DNA of 64,000 nucleotides from Polyangiaceae bacterium (lineage in GTDB: Bacteria > Myxococcota_A > Polyangia > Polyangiales > Polyangiaceae): positions 256,001 to 320,000 of the forward strand of contig JAPSGB010000003.1 in assembly GCA_035063585.1 (NCBI GenBank). Direction: 5' to 3'. The translations under genes and the position numbers were made by a program. Position 1 is the stretch's first letter. Every line of letters starts with the position of its first letter. The notes under the pieces were generated by a model. It worked only from the letters and a program-made list of their open reading frames with translations. It was not told the DNA's origin and did not search any database. Shown piece after piece: positions 8,968 to 17,489 of the stretch.

Positions 8968-9921
8968 GTGGCGCTCACTGAACCCGTCCTCGTCCCGCCG
9001 CGGCCGCCCATGCCGACCCCGGTCGAGGTGGATCCGGCGCCGGCGCCCGGTTCGGCGCCGCTGCCGCGCGATCGTTGTCTGCTCACGGTGCTCACCGGGG
9101 TGCAGCGCGGTCAGGTCCTGGCCGTGGACGCCGGCGCGGAGCTCCTCATCGGGCGCGGCGATGGCGTGGGGCTGCGCGTGCTCGATCCCGGGGTCTCTTG
9201 GGTTCATGCGCGCATCCGCCGCGCCGGCGAGGTGGTGACGCTCGAGGATCTCCGGAGCACCAACGGCACCTATCTGGGCAGCGACCGAATCGTCGACCGC
9301 GTAGCGCTCCCGGACGACGCGCGCATCGGACTCGGTCGAAATACGGTGATCCGGTTCTCCCGTTGCGACGCGCTCGAGCTCGAGGCGGCGCTCGAGCAAT
9401 ACGACACCGCCATCCGTGATCCGCTCACGCGCCTCTACAACCGCGGATATTTCGACGAACGGATCGAGAGCGAGGTCGCGTTCGCGCATCGTCATCAGGC
9501 ACCGCTCTCGCTCTTGATGCTGGATCTCGATCATTTCAAGCGAGTAAACGATCGCTTCGGGCATCCGGTCGGGGACGTGGTCCTCAAGGTGGTCACCGCC
9601 GCCGTTCGCCGAATGCTTCGCCCGGAGGACGTGTTCGCGCGTTACGGAGGCGAGGAGTTCATGATCTTGCTTCGCGAGGTCACCACGGAGAACGCGCTCA
9701 TCCTGGCACGCCGGATCCGAGAGCGCGTGGAAGGGCTCGAGATGCCTTGGGAAGGTCAGGTGCTCCGCATCACGGTGAGCATCGGGGTCACCGGCATCGG
9801 TCCCGGCGAACCCCAGATCCACGCGCGTGCCCTACTCGAGCTGGCCGACCGCGCGATGTATGAGGCGAAAGCGCGCGGCAGGAATCGCGTGGTGCTCTTA
9901 CCGGCGGCGCATCGTGATTGA
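8968..9921 (+). CDS. FHA-domain diguanylate cyclase
   Basis: FHA motifs IGRG, VSWVH, STNGT; DPLTRLYNR, DLDHFKRVNDRFGH, I-site RPED, GGEEF. Confidence 0.93.
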   Translation: MALTEPVLVPPRPPMPTPVEVDPAPAPGSAPLPRDRCLLTVLTGVQRGQVLAVDAGAELLIGRGDGVGLRVLDPGVSWVHARIRRAGEVVTLEDLRSTNGTYLGSDRIVDRVALPDDARIGLGRNTVIRFSRCDALELEAALEQYDTAIRDPLTRLYNRGYFDERIESEVAFAHRHQAPLSLLMLDLDHFKRVNDRFGHPVGDVVLKVVTAAVRRMLRPEDVFARYGGEEFMILLREVTTENALILARRIRERVEGLEMPWEGQVLRITVSIGVTGIGPGEPQIHARALLELADRAMYEAKARGRNRVVLLPAAHRD

Positions 9922-9954
9922 CGCTGGTCAGGCGAGGAGCGAAAACCACAGGCC

Positions 9955-10221
9955 ATGGAGCGCGTGATCAAGTGCGTGAAGCTCGGCCGTGACGCGAGGG
10001 GCCTCGACAAGCCGCCGTTCCGCGGTGAGCTCGGTCAGCGCGTTTACGACAACGTCTCGAGCGAGGCCTGGCTCGGTTGGCTCGAGCACTCGAAGATCCT
10101 CATCAACGAGTTTCGCCTCGATCTCACCAGCCAGGAGGGGCAGCGTGTCTGGATGAGCGAGCTCGAGCGGTATTTCTTCGGCGACGGCTCGGCGAAGCCG
10201 TCGGACTTCGTCGAGCCTTGA
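9955..10221 (+). CDS. yggX: Fe(II)-trafficking / oxidative damage protection protein
   Basis: CVKLG..GLDKPPFRGELGQRVYDNVS.EAW..W..LINE.RL. Confidence 0.9.
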   Translation: MERVIKCVKLGRDARGLDKPPFRGELGQRVYDNVSSEAWLGWLEHSKILINEFRLDLTSQEGQRVWMSELERYFFGDGSAKPSDFVEP

Positions 10222-10239
10222 GCGCCCGCGCGGCGCTCC

Positions 10240-10584
10240 TCACTGACCCATGGGCTCTGCGCCGAGGAGCTGCTCGAGCAGCGCGAAGCCCTCGGCCTCC
10301 GCTTCGTCGACCACGCCGTCCGCGGCGATCATCTCCCGGGCGGTCTCCAGGAAGAGCTGACGGTGCTTGCGCGGGATCCGGTTCGGATCGACTCCCTCCG
10401 GCCGTGGCGGCAGCTCGAGCCACTGGCTCACCTGAGCAGCCTCTTCCGGCGAGAGCTCCAGCCGCTTGACGAGCTTGCGGACGAACGAGCGCTCCTCGCG
10501 CTGCACCTGGAGATCCGCCCAAGCGAACGCGCACACGAACTCGAGCAGGAGCATCCGATCGGTCTTCGAGAGCTGAGAGAGCAT
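10240..10584 (-). CDS. TerB-family protein
   Basis: Duplicated AxADxxVxxxE motifs (AWADLQVQREE, IAADGVVDEAE). Confidence 0.8.
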   Translation of the reverse strand: MLSQLSKTDRMLLLEFVCAFAWADLQVQREERSFVRKLVKRLELSPEEAAQVSQWLELPPRPEGVDPNRIPRKHRQLFLETAREMIAADGVVDEAEAEGFALLEQLLGAEPMGQ

Positions 10585-10762
10585 CGCCGGTCACGCTAGA
10601 CCAGCCGGGCGGCCCCGGCCAGCCTTCATCCGGCGCTCCTGAGACGGGGGTGACGAGCACGGTAACAACGCGAAACTTCACGGCATGCGCGCCGGGGGCC
10701 GTGACCGGCCCGACCGACCCATTTCGCGTTCGGGGACTTGTGCGCTATCAGGAAACGGAGTC

Positions 10763-11284
10763 GTGCTTCGCCCACTCGCGGTCATCATAGCGGGCATCCT
10801 GCTCGCGCGGCCGAGTCTTCCGAAGGAGGACGCGGAGCGGTTCGCGCGCGTCCTCAGGGACGAGGCTAGCCAGCGAGACTTCGATCCTCTGACCGGCGTC
10901 GCGATCATTCAGCTGGAGAGCGGCTGGATGGCCGAGACGATCTCGGAAAATGGTGAAGACTACGGGCTCGCGCAGATCCGTGCGCGCTACGTAGGCGCCT
11001 GCAAGCGAGATCCGGAGCCGCTCCGGGCCCCGGGCCCGGAGTGCCGCAGAGTCAAGGAGTCTCTGCTCGACCCAGAGGCGAACATCCGGCAGATGGGTAG
11101 GCTCATCACCTTGAACCGGAAGCTCTGCCGGGAGAAGACCGGGAGCGCGAGCCTCCCCCGCTGGCTCGCGAGCTACCAGGGACGCAACGATCCGAAGCGG
11201 GGCAGGTGGTGCCGACCGGGCGAAGACACCTGGAAGGTCATTCGTTATCGAGAAGCGCTCCTCGAGCAGCTCGCTCGGCGCTGA
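10763..11284 (+). CDS. Secreted lysozyme-like / SLT transglycosylase domain protein
   Basis: AIIQLESG (catalytic Glu), GLAQI, LLDPEANI, ASYQG; signal-like N-terminus; GGAG before GTG 10763. Confidence 0.7.
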   Translation: MLRPLAVIIAGILLARPSLPKEDAERFARVLRDEASQRDFDPLTGVAIIQLESGWMAETISENGEDYGLAQIRARYVGACKRDPEPLRAPGPECRRVKESLLDPEANIRQMGRLITLNRKLCREKTGSASLPRWLASYQGRNDPKRGRWCRPGEDTWKVIRYREALLEQLARR

Positions 11285-11301
11285 GCCCCGTCTCGAGCGC
11301 C

Positions 11302-12783
11302 TCACGGCTTCTGGGTGTTCGGCTTGAGCCCGGCGGGAAGAAAGAGGACGCTGACCAGCGTGATGAGCGCGAGGAGCGCGCCGATCAGGTAGACCTCATG
11401 GAGCGAGGCGTCGAGGACGCTGGTGAGCTTCGCGAGCAGGGAGCCATCGAGCTTCCCGCGCCTCGAAGGATCCATGAGCGCGTCGATCACGCCAGAGCCC
11501 AGCGCGCCGTCGCTTGCTCGCCGACCGATGCCGAAGTTCAAGACGGCGCCAAAGAGCGCGGTCCCGACCGCTTGCCCAACGATGCGCATGAAGAGGTTGC
11601 TCGAGGTGGCGACCCCGCGCTGCTGCCAGGGAACAGCGGTCTGGATCGACACGAGGAAGGTCGTCGCGCAGTAGCCGAGCCCGGAGCCGGTGACGAACGA
11701 GGCGGCCGCGGCCCAGCCCGCTCCACGCGCTGGCGACAGCGCGGCGAGCATCACGCTGCCGGCCAAGAGGAGCGCGCCCCCGAGCAGCGCCGTGAAGCGA
11801 TACGAGGTGCGGAGCATCAGCGAGCCTGCGATGGTGCTGGAGATGGGCCAGCCGATGCTCATCATGGTGAGCGCGAAGCCGGCCAGCATGGCCGAGCGCG
11901 CCAGCACCCCCTGCACATATATGGGAAGAAACGAGGTGATCGCCATCATCAGCGCGCCGGTGACGAACGCGCCGCCGTTGCCGATCGCGATGATGCGATC
12001 CTTCCAGAGCGTGAGCGGGAGGACGGGCTCCGCGGCACGCCGCTCTTGCCAGAGAAACGCGAGCGCGCCGGCCCCGCCCAGCCCGAAGAGCAGGTAGAGC
12101 GTACCCGGTCGCTCGCGATGGAGGGCCTCCCCTTGGATGAGCCCGAGCATGATGAGCGTGACCGAGCCCATCAGGAGTGCTGCGCCGAGATAGTCGACGC
12201 GGTGCTCGCGATGCGCCACCTCCTCGTGGAGGTTTCTCCCGAGCATCACCATCGACGCAATGCCGACAGGAATGTTGATCCAGAAGCACAGCGACCAGGA
12301 GAGCCTCTCCGCGAACAACGCGCCGAGCGCGGGGCCGAGCACCGACGAGATCCCCCAGACGCTCGAGAGGTAACCTTGGATCTTCGCTCGCTCTTCCGGC
12401 GAGTAGATGTCACCGACGATGGTGGTTGCGATGGGCTGGACGGCGCCGGCTCCGACTCCTTGGACCGCTCGGAGCACGATGAGCTCCTCCATCGAGCGCG
12501 CGAAGCCGCACAGCACCGAACCTACCAGGAAGATGGTGGCGCCGAAGTAGAAGACCGGCTTTCGACCGCGCATGTCGGCGAGCTTCCCGTAGACCGGGAT
12601 GGTCACCGCCTGGGTGAGGAGGAAGATGGCGAACACCCAGCTGAACAGCTGAAAGCCGCCGAGCTCGGCGACGATGGTCGGCATCGCGGTGGCCACGATG
12701 GTCGCCTCCACCGCCGACATGAACATCGCCAGCATCATGGCGGCGAGGACGAGCGGTCGCCGCGTCACCGGCGGGTGAGTCAT
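11302..12783 (-). CDS. MFS drug:H+ antiporter (DHA2/EmrB-QacA type)
   Basis: EATIVATAMPTI, GKLADMRGRK, RAVQGVGAG, FWINIPVG; about 14 TM. Confidence 0.92.
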   Translation of the reverse strand: MTHPPVTRRPLVLAAMMLAMFMSAVEATIVATAMPTIVAELGGFQLFSWVFAIFLLTQAVTIPVYGKLADMRGRKPVFYFGATIFLVGSVLCGFARSMEELIVLRAVQGVGAGAVQPIATTIVGDIYSPEERAKIQGYLSSVWGISSVLGPALGALFAERLSWSLCFWINIPVGIASMVMLGRNLHEEVAHREHRVDYLGAALLMGSVTLIMLGLIQGEALHRERPGTLYLLFGLGGAGALAFLWQERRAAEPVLPLTLWKDRIIAIGNGGAFVTGALMMAITSFLPIYVQGVLARSAMLAGFALTMMSIGWPISSTIAGSLMLRTSYRFTALLGGALLLAGSVMLAALSPARGAGWAAAASFVTGSGLGYCATTFLVSIQTAVPWQQRGVATSSNLFMRIVGQAVGTALFGAVLNFGIGRRASDGALGSGVIDALMDPSRRGKLDGSLLAKLTSVLDASLHEVYLIGALLALITLVSVLFLPAGLKPNTQKP

Positions 12784-12869
12784 CGACCCTGCCCACATTG
12801 GCGCACATCGCGCGCGGGAGCCTTCGGCCCCATACTCGGCCTTTCGAGAGCGAGCCGAGGTTTAGCGCG

Positions 12870-13838
12870 ATGGATCTCACGAAGATGCTGGAGAAGTGTC
12901 ACCGAGGACAGTGGAAGGTGGGGGACCTCGACTGGTCGGGAACACCGCGCCCCATGTCCGAGGACGACGAGCGCGCCGTCGTCCAGTACTTCACGGACAT
13001 GGCCGGCATCGAGCGCCTCGCCGGAGCGCTCTTTGCCGAGCAGGAGAAGCAAGCCGAAGAGCCGGTCCTCCGCGAGATCTTTGCTTCCTTCGTGACCGAT
13101 GAGATTCGCCATTCGCACGCGGCTCAGATGCTGGCCGATTACTACAACGTCCACCGGTTCAAGGTCTACCAGCCGAACCCCGCGCTCGTGAAGTTCACCC
13201 CTCACTTCGTCGACGCCATCAAGTACCTCTCGCCGGACGTCGCCAACGCGTACATCACCGCGGGCGAGCTCATCCTCGACGTCGCGTTGCTCCGTTCGCT
13301 GAACGATCACGTGGGAGACGCCATGAGCCACCAGGCGATGGAGCTCATCAACCGAGACGAGTCTCGGCACATCGCCGTCGATTTTCACATGGTCGAGTAC
13401 TATTCGTCGAAGGAATACGCCGAGAAGTTGAAGCGAGCGTCCGCGCCAACCATCGCGGAGCGTGCTCGGGCGACCTGGGTCTTCGGGAACGTGCTCTACT
13501 ACGCGGCGCCTTTTTTTCGCGACGTCTTCTTCGAGCCCATGCGTCGTGTCGATCCGTCGGGGCGGCGGCTGAAGGAGGCGTTCAAGCGGATGCAGCTCAT
13601 CGCGTCGAGGCCGACCGATCGCGAGAGCCCGCTCATGGCCGCCATGTTGACCCTCCAGGACCTCTATAACGATCACCCGGTCGCGCGCGCCATCGCGGGG
13701 CCCGCCATCGAGCGCATCATGGGCATCGACGGGAGCGTCATCATGCGGCTTTATACCGAGGCTGAGAAGCAGCATGCCCAGCGGATGAGCTTCGATGAGC
13801 TCGCCGAGGATGCGCTCGCGGCCAAGTACGCGAACTGA
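12870..13838 (+). CDS. Ferritin-like di-iron protein (desaturase/AurF-like superfamily)
   Basis: GIE..DEIRH..AGE..DESRH carboxylate/His ligand pattern; N-terminal QW..DLDW. Confidence 0.8.
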   Translation: MDLTKMLEKCHRGQWKVGDLDWSGTPRPMSEDDERAVVQYFTDMAGIERLAGALFAEQEKQAEEPVLREIFASFVTDEIRHSHAAQMLADYYNVHRFKVYQPNPALVKFTPHFVDAIKYLSPDVANAYITAGELILDVALLRSLNDHVGDAMSHQAMELINRDESRHIAVDFHMVEYYSSKEYAEKLKRASAPTIAERARATWVFGNVLYYAAPFFRDVFFEPMRRVDPSGRRLKEAFKRMQLIASRPTDRESPLMAAMLTLQDLYNDHPVARAIAGPAIERIMGIDGSVIMRLYTEAEKQHAQRMSFDELAEDALAAKYAN

Positions 13839-13873
13839 CCATCTTGCGGGGCGACGTCACGGAGGTGGCGCCG

Positions 13874-14242
13874 TCATGGGTCACGACGCCACAGTCGGAG
13901 CACCAGCCGGACGTAGCCGGCCTCGAGCGCGAGGACCCACACGAGAAAGAGCGCGAGCTCGACTCCGCCTGGCGCATGCAACTGCCATACGTCGAGCCCG
14001 ACGGCGAGCGCGGTCGCGGTGATGAACGCGAAGACGACGCCTCCGACCAGCGCGATGTGGAGGGCTAGCCTCGAAGGCGCGGACTTCCCCTGGCGCAGGA
14101 GCGCGAGCGTGGCCCACGCCCCGCCGCCCGCTACGAACGGGAGGCTGAGCGTCAGCCAGATTTTCAGACACTCGACGCTCGCCAGGGGGTGCCGGCAGGC
14201 GAGCTCTGCGGCGGGAGACGAGTGGGCGAAGAGACTGAACAT
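13874..14242 (-). CDS. Small membrane hypothetical protein
   Basis: ORF fills the gap and has three hydrophobic segments. Confidence 0.45.
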   Translation of the reverse strand: MFSLFAHSSPAAELACRHPLASVECLKIWLTLSLPFVAGGGAWATLALLRQGKSAPSRLALHIALVGGVVFAFITATALAVGLDVWQLHAPGGVELALFLVWVLALEAGYVRLVLRLWRRDP

Positions 14243-14306
14243 CGAGCGTGGGGTGCCTGGCGTGATGAGCTAGGGTGCGCTCTCGGAGAAGGGAGAGGAG
14301 TCTTAC

Positions 14307-14501
14307 ATGAGCCTGGAAGAGCGCGTCGTCGACTTGGAGATCCGCTACACCCACTACGAGCGACTGACGGAGGAGCTGAGCGGGGTTCTCTATGAGCAGC
14401 AGCGAGCTCTCGCCGCGCTCGCGGTGCGCGTCAAGTCGCTCGAGGAGCGCGTGCGGGCGCTCGCCGACGAGCCCGGGGACGCGCCGCCGCCGCACTACTG
14501 A
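14307..14501 (+). CDS. slyX: SlyX-family protein
   Basis: LEERVVDLEIR..E..TEELS..QQ coiled coil, C-terminal PPPHY; RBS GAGGAG. Confidence 0.9.
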   Translation: MSLEERVVDLEIRYTHYERLTEELSGVLYEQQRALAALAVRVKSLEERVRALADEPGDAPPPHY

Positions 14502-14532
14502 GCACTCGCCGCGCGAGCTCGACGATGACGGG

Positions 14533-15516
14533 CTATACGAGCCCGCGGCCTCGAAAGTAGTCGATCGCGTCTCGGATCGTCTCGCCGACCGGACGGAACG
14601 TCGCGCCGAGCTCGTGGATGGCCTTGGCGTTCGTGTAGTAGGAAGCCTTGAGGCTGTACTCGAAGAAGCTGAGTGACAAGAGCGGCTCCTTGCCGGTGCG
14701 GCGCGCGGAGCGGTCCATCGCCACGATGGCGGAGCGCGCGACCGCGACCGGGAGCCTCAAGTAACGACGAGAGCGCCCGGCGGCGCGATCGATGGCCTGC
14801 AGCAGCTCGAGGTTCGAGAGGTTATGCGCGGTCGCGATGTACATCTCACCGGCTCTTCCCTTCTCGTCGGCGAGCACATGCGCGAGCGCCGCGTCGCGCA
14901 CGTCCACGTAGCTCGCGCCACCATCCATGTAGACCGGCGGCCCCCCCTTCAGCGAGTTGATGATGAGCTTTCCGCTCGGGGTCGGACTGATGTCTCCCGG
15001 TCCGAACACGATGCCAGGACACACGATGCGGACGTCGAGCCCCCACCCGGCGAAATCCTGCGCGAGCTTCCGGCTGTGATACTTCGCCCGGCTATAGGCG
15101 AAATCGAGATCCCACGCCTCGTACGCCGTCGCTTCGTCTCCGAGCGCGCCGGGCGCCGGGCGACCGAGCGACGCGATGCTGGCGGTATAGATGACGCGCT
15201 TTCCCGCGCGCCGCGCGGCCTCGAGCACGTTGAAGGTGCCCGACAGGTTCACATCGTACATGAGCGTCGGATCGGGCATCCACGCCTTGTAGATGGCGGC
15301 AGCGTGATACACCGTATCCACGCCCTCGACCGCGCGAGTCACCGCGTCGCGGTCGAGCACGTCGCCGCGCACGAGCTCGGCGTCAATCGAGCCCAGGTTG
15401 TCGGCGGGCTCGTTCGGCAGCGCCAGCACGCGGCTCTCGACCCCGCGCGCGTCGAGCGCGCGCACGATCGCGCTCCCGAGAAATCCGCAGCCGCCCGTGA
15501 CCAGCGCCTTCGACAT
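14533..15516 (-). CDS. NAD-dependent epimerase/dehydratase (extended SDR, HpnA/dihydroflavonol-reductase-like)
   Basis: LVTGGCGFLG, YHAAA, YSRAK, VDVRDAA. Confidence 0.9.
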   Translation of the reverse strand: MSKALVTGGCGFLGSAIVRALDARGVESRVLALPNEPADNLGSIDAELVRGDVLDRDAVTRAVEGVDTVYHAAAIYKAWMPDPTLMYDVNLSGTFNVLEAARRAGKRVIYTASIASLGRPAPGALGDEATAYEAWDLDFAYSRAKYHSRKLAQDFAGWGLDVRIVCPGIVFGPGDISPTPSGKLIINSLKGGPPVYMDGGASYVDVRDAALAHVLADEKGRAGEMYIATAHNLSNLELLQAIDRAAGRSRRYLRLPVAVARSAIVAMDRSARRTGKEPLLSLSFFEYSLKASYYTNAKAIHELGATFRPVGETIRDAIDYFRGRGLV

Positions 15517-15632
15517 TGCGGGCCGGAGGATAGCGTGCTCTCCGCCAGCTTGGAAAGCCCGCGCCGAGGCGTGCCGGGCGCTCGGCTCTAAGCGTGAACC
15601 CGCGCGTCCCCTAAAGTATGCTGCCGGCCACC

Positions 15633-16997
15633 ATGACTCAGGTTCTCGACTGGGCGGCGATCGGCGAGGAGGCCGTTGGCTGGTTCAAGGCATTGCTTCG
15701 CCTCGACACCACGAACCCGCCGGGAAACGAGCGACTGGCGGCCGACTTCATCACGGGGATCTTGGACCGCGAGGGGATCCCCTACGAGGTTCACGAGAGC
15801 GAACCCGGTCGGGCGAGCGTCGTTGCGCGCCTCACCGGCAGTGGCAAGCAGGGGCCGCTGCTCCTGAACGGACACCTCGACGTGGTCCCCGCCGACGCCG
15901 AGGCGTGGAAGTACCCGCCGTTCTCGGCGACCGAGGCCGAGGGGTGCATCTGGGGTCGCGGCGCGGTCGACATGAAGAACATGGTCACCATGAGCTTGAT
16001 GTCGCTCGTGCTCCTCAAGCGCCAGGGGCTCGCGCTCGAGCGCGACGTGATCCTCGCCTGCGTGGCCGACGAGGAGGCCGGCTCGACCAAGGGAGCGCTC
16101 TACCTCGTCGAGGAGCATCCGGACTTGGTGCGGGCGGAGTACGTGCTGAACGAGGTGGGCGGCCACACGCTCCACCTCGGAAGAGAGCGATTTTACCCGA
16201 TCCAGGTGAGTGAGAAGGGGATCTGCTGGTTCGAGATGGTCGCGACGGGGGAGCCCGGGCACGGCTCGATGCCGCACGGGAAGAACGCGGTGGTCCGGCT
16301 GGCGCGCGCCATCGCAGCGCTCGGCTCGTCACGCCTTCCGCAGCACGTCACGCCAGTAGTGGACGGATTTCTCCGCACGCTCGCGCGCGGCGCCCCGTTC
16401 CCCCAGAACCTGGCGATGCCGCTCCTGCTCGAGCCGCGGCTGGCCGGGTACCTGCTCGACGTGATGGATCGCGCGAACCCGAGCCAGGCCATGGGCATCA
16501 ACGCCATGCTGCGGAACACGGCCTCGCCGACCATGCTCGAAGCGGGAAGAAAGGTGAACGTGATCCCGTCGAGCGCCAGCGCGCGGATCGATGGGCGGAT
16601 CATCCCGGGCCAAGGCGTGGAGCAGTTTCTTGCGGAGATAGCGCGTGTAGTCGGTGACGACATCACGCTGAACATCCTCACCCAGCATGACGGGACTACC
16701 TTCTCGTCGGACACGCCGCTCTACGAGACGATCCGCGGCGTCCTCGCGCGGCACGATCCGGGCGCCATGCCCGTCCCCTACATGATCCCCGGGTTCACCG
16801 ACTCGTTCGCCTACGCGCGGCTCGGTGCGACCTGCTACGGGTTCTCGCCCGTGAGACTCGGCCCAGAGCTCGATTTCACCCGCATGTATCACGGGCACGA
16901 CGAGCGGATCCCGCGCGACGGCTTCACGTGGGGGGTCCGTGTGCTCTACGAGGTGGTGAGCGAGTTCTGCGCCGCGCGCTCCTCTGCGTCGGCGTAG
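15633..16997 (+). CDS. M20/M25/M40 metallopeptidase
   Basis: DTTNPPGNE, GHLDVVP, GRGAVDMK, DEE, NEVGG, GHGS, HGHDER. Confidence 0.92.
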   Translation: MTQVLDWAAIGEEAVGWFKALLRLDTTNPPGNERLAADFITGILDREGIPYEVHESEPGRASVVARLTGSGKQGPLLLNGHLDVVPADAEAWKYPPFSATEAEGCIWGRGAVDMKNMVTMSLMSLVLLKRQGLALERDVILACVADEEAGSTKGALYLVEEHPDLVRAEYVLNEVGGHTLHLGRERFYPIQVSEKGICWFEMVATGEPGHGSMPHGKNAVVRLARAIAALGSSRLPQHVTPVVDGFLRTLARGAPFPQNLAMPLLLEPRLAGYLLDVMDRANPSQAMGINAMLRNTASPTMLEAGRKVNVIPSSASARIDGRIIPGQGVEQFLAEIARVVGDDITLNILTQHDGTTFSSDTPLYETIRGVLARHDPGAMPVPYMIPGFTDSFAYARLGATCYGFSPVRLGPELDFTRMYHGHDERIPRDGFTWGVRVLYEVVSEFCAARSSASA

Positions 16998-17003
16998 CGC
17001 CGC

Positions 17004-17321
17004 TCAGGCCGCGTGTCGCGACTCGGGCACGATCAAGGGCAACCCCGACGCTTCGCACTCGGCGTACAGCAGCATCTCGCAGGGCAGCTCGAATGCGCCG
17101 CCGAGCTCGCGCCAGAGCAGGCGCGCTGCGGCGCACACCTCGGCCAAGGTCGGGATCGGGCTCGGGAGCGGCTGCACGCGACATCGCGCGCGCGCGAGGC
17201 GATACGCGGCGAGCGCCACGCCGCCTGCGTCGTCGAGGAGCCACCGGTACGGCCTACGTCCTTCTTGGAGCGAGCGCAGCCACTCGGTGGGTCGCTCCAG
17301 TTCCTCGGTGTTTCGCGCCAT
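17004..17321 (-). CDS. Hypothetical protein
   Basis: GGAGGA RBS before ATG 17321; plausible codon usage. Confidence 0.55.
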   Translation of the reverse strand: MARNTEELERPTEWLRSLQEGRRPYRWLLDDAGGVALAAYRLARARCRVQPLPSPIPTLAEVCAAARLLWRELGGAFELPCEMLLYAECEASGLPLIVPESRHAA

Positions 17322-17489
17322 GAGTCCTCCACTCTCCGACACGCTCGGCGTGCGGATGCTTGGCTCCCGTACTCCTGCTCGGGCGCGGTCAGCTGGGCTC
17401 ACGCGCGCCCTTCGCGGCTCGACCGCTCGGTCTCGAGTCTCCGCCTCCTCTCCACATGCAGCGCGCCGGACCGAGCGGCCAACTTTTCG

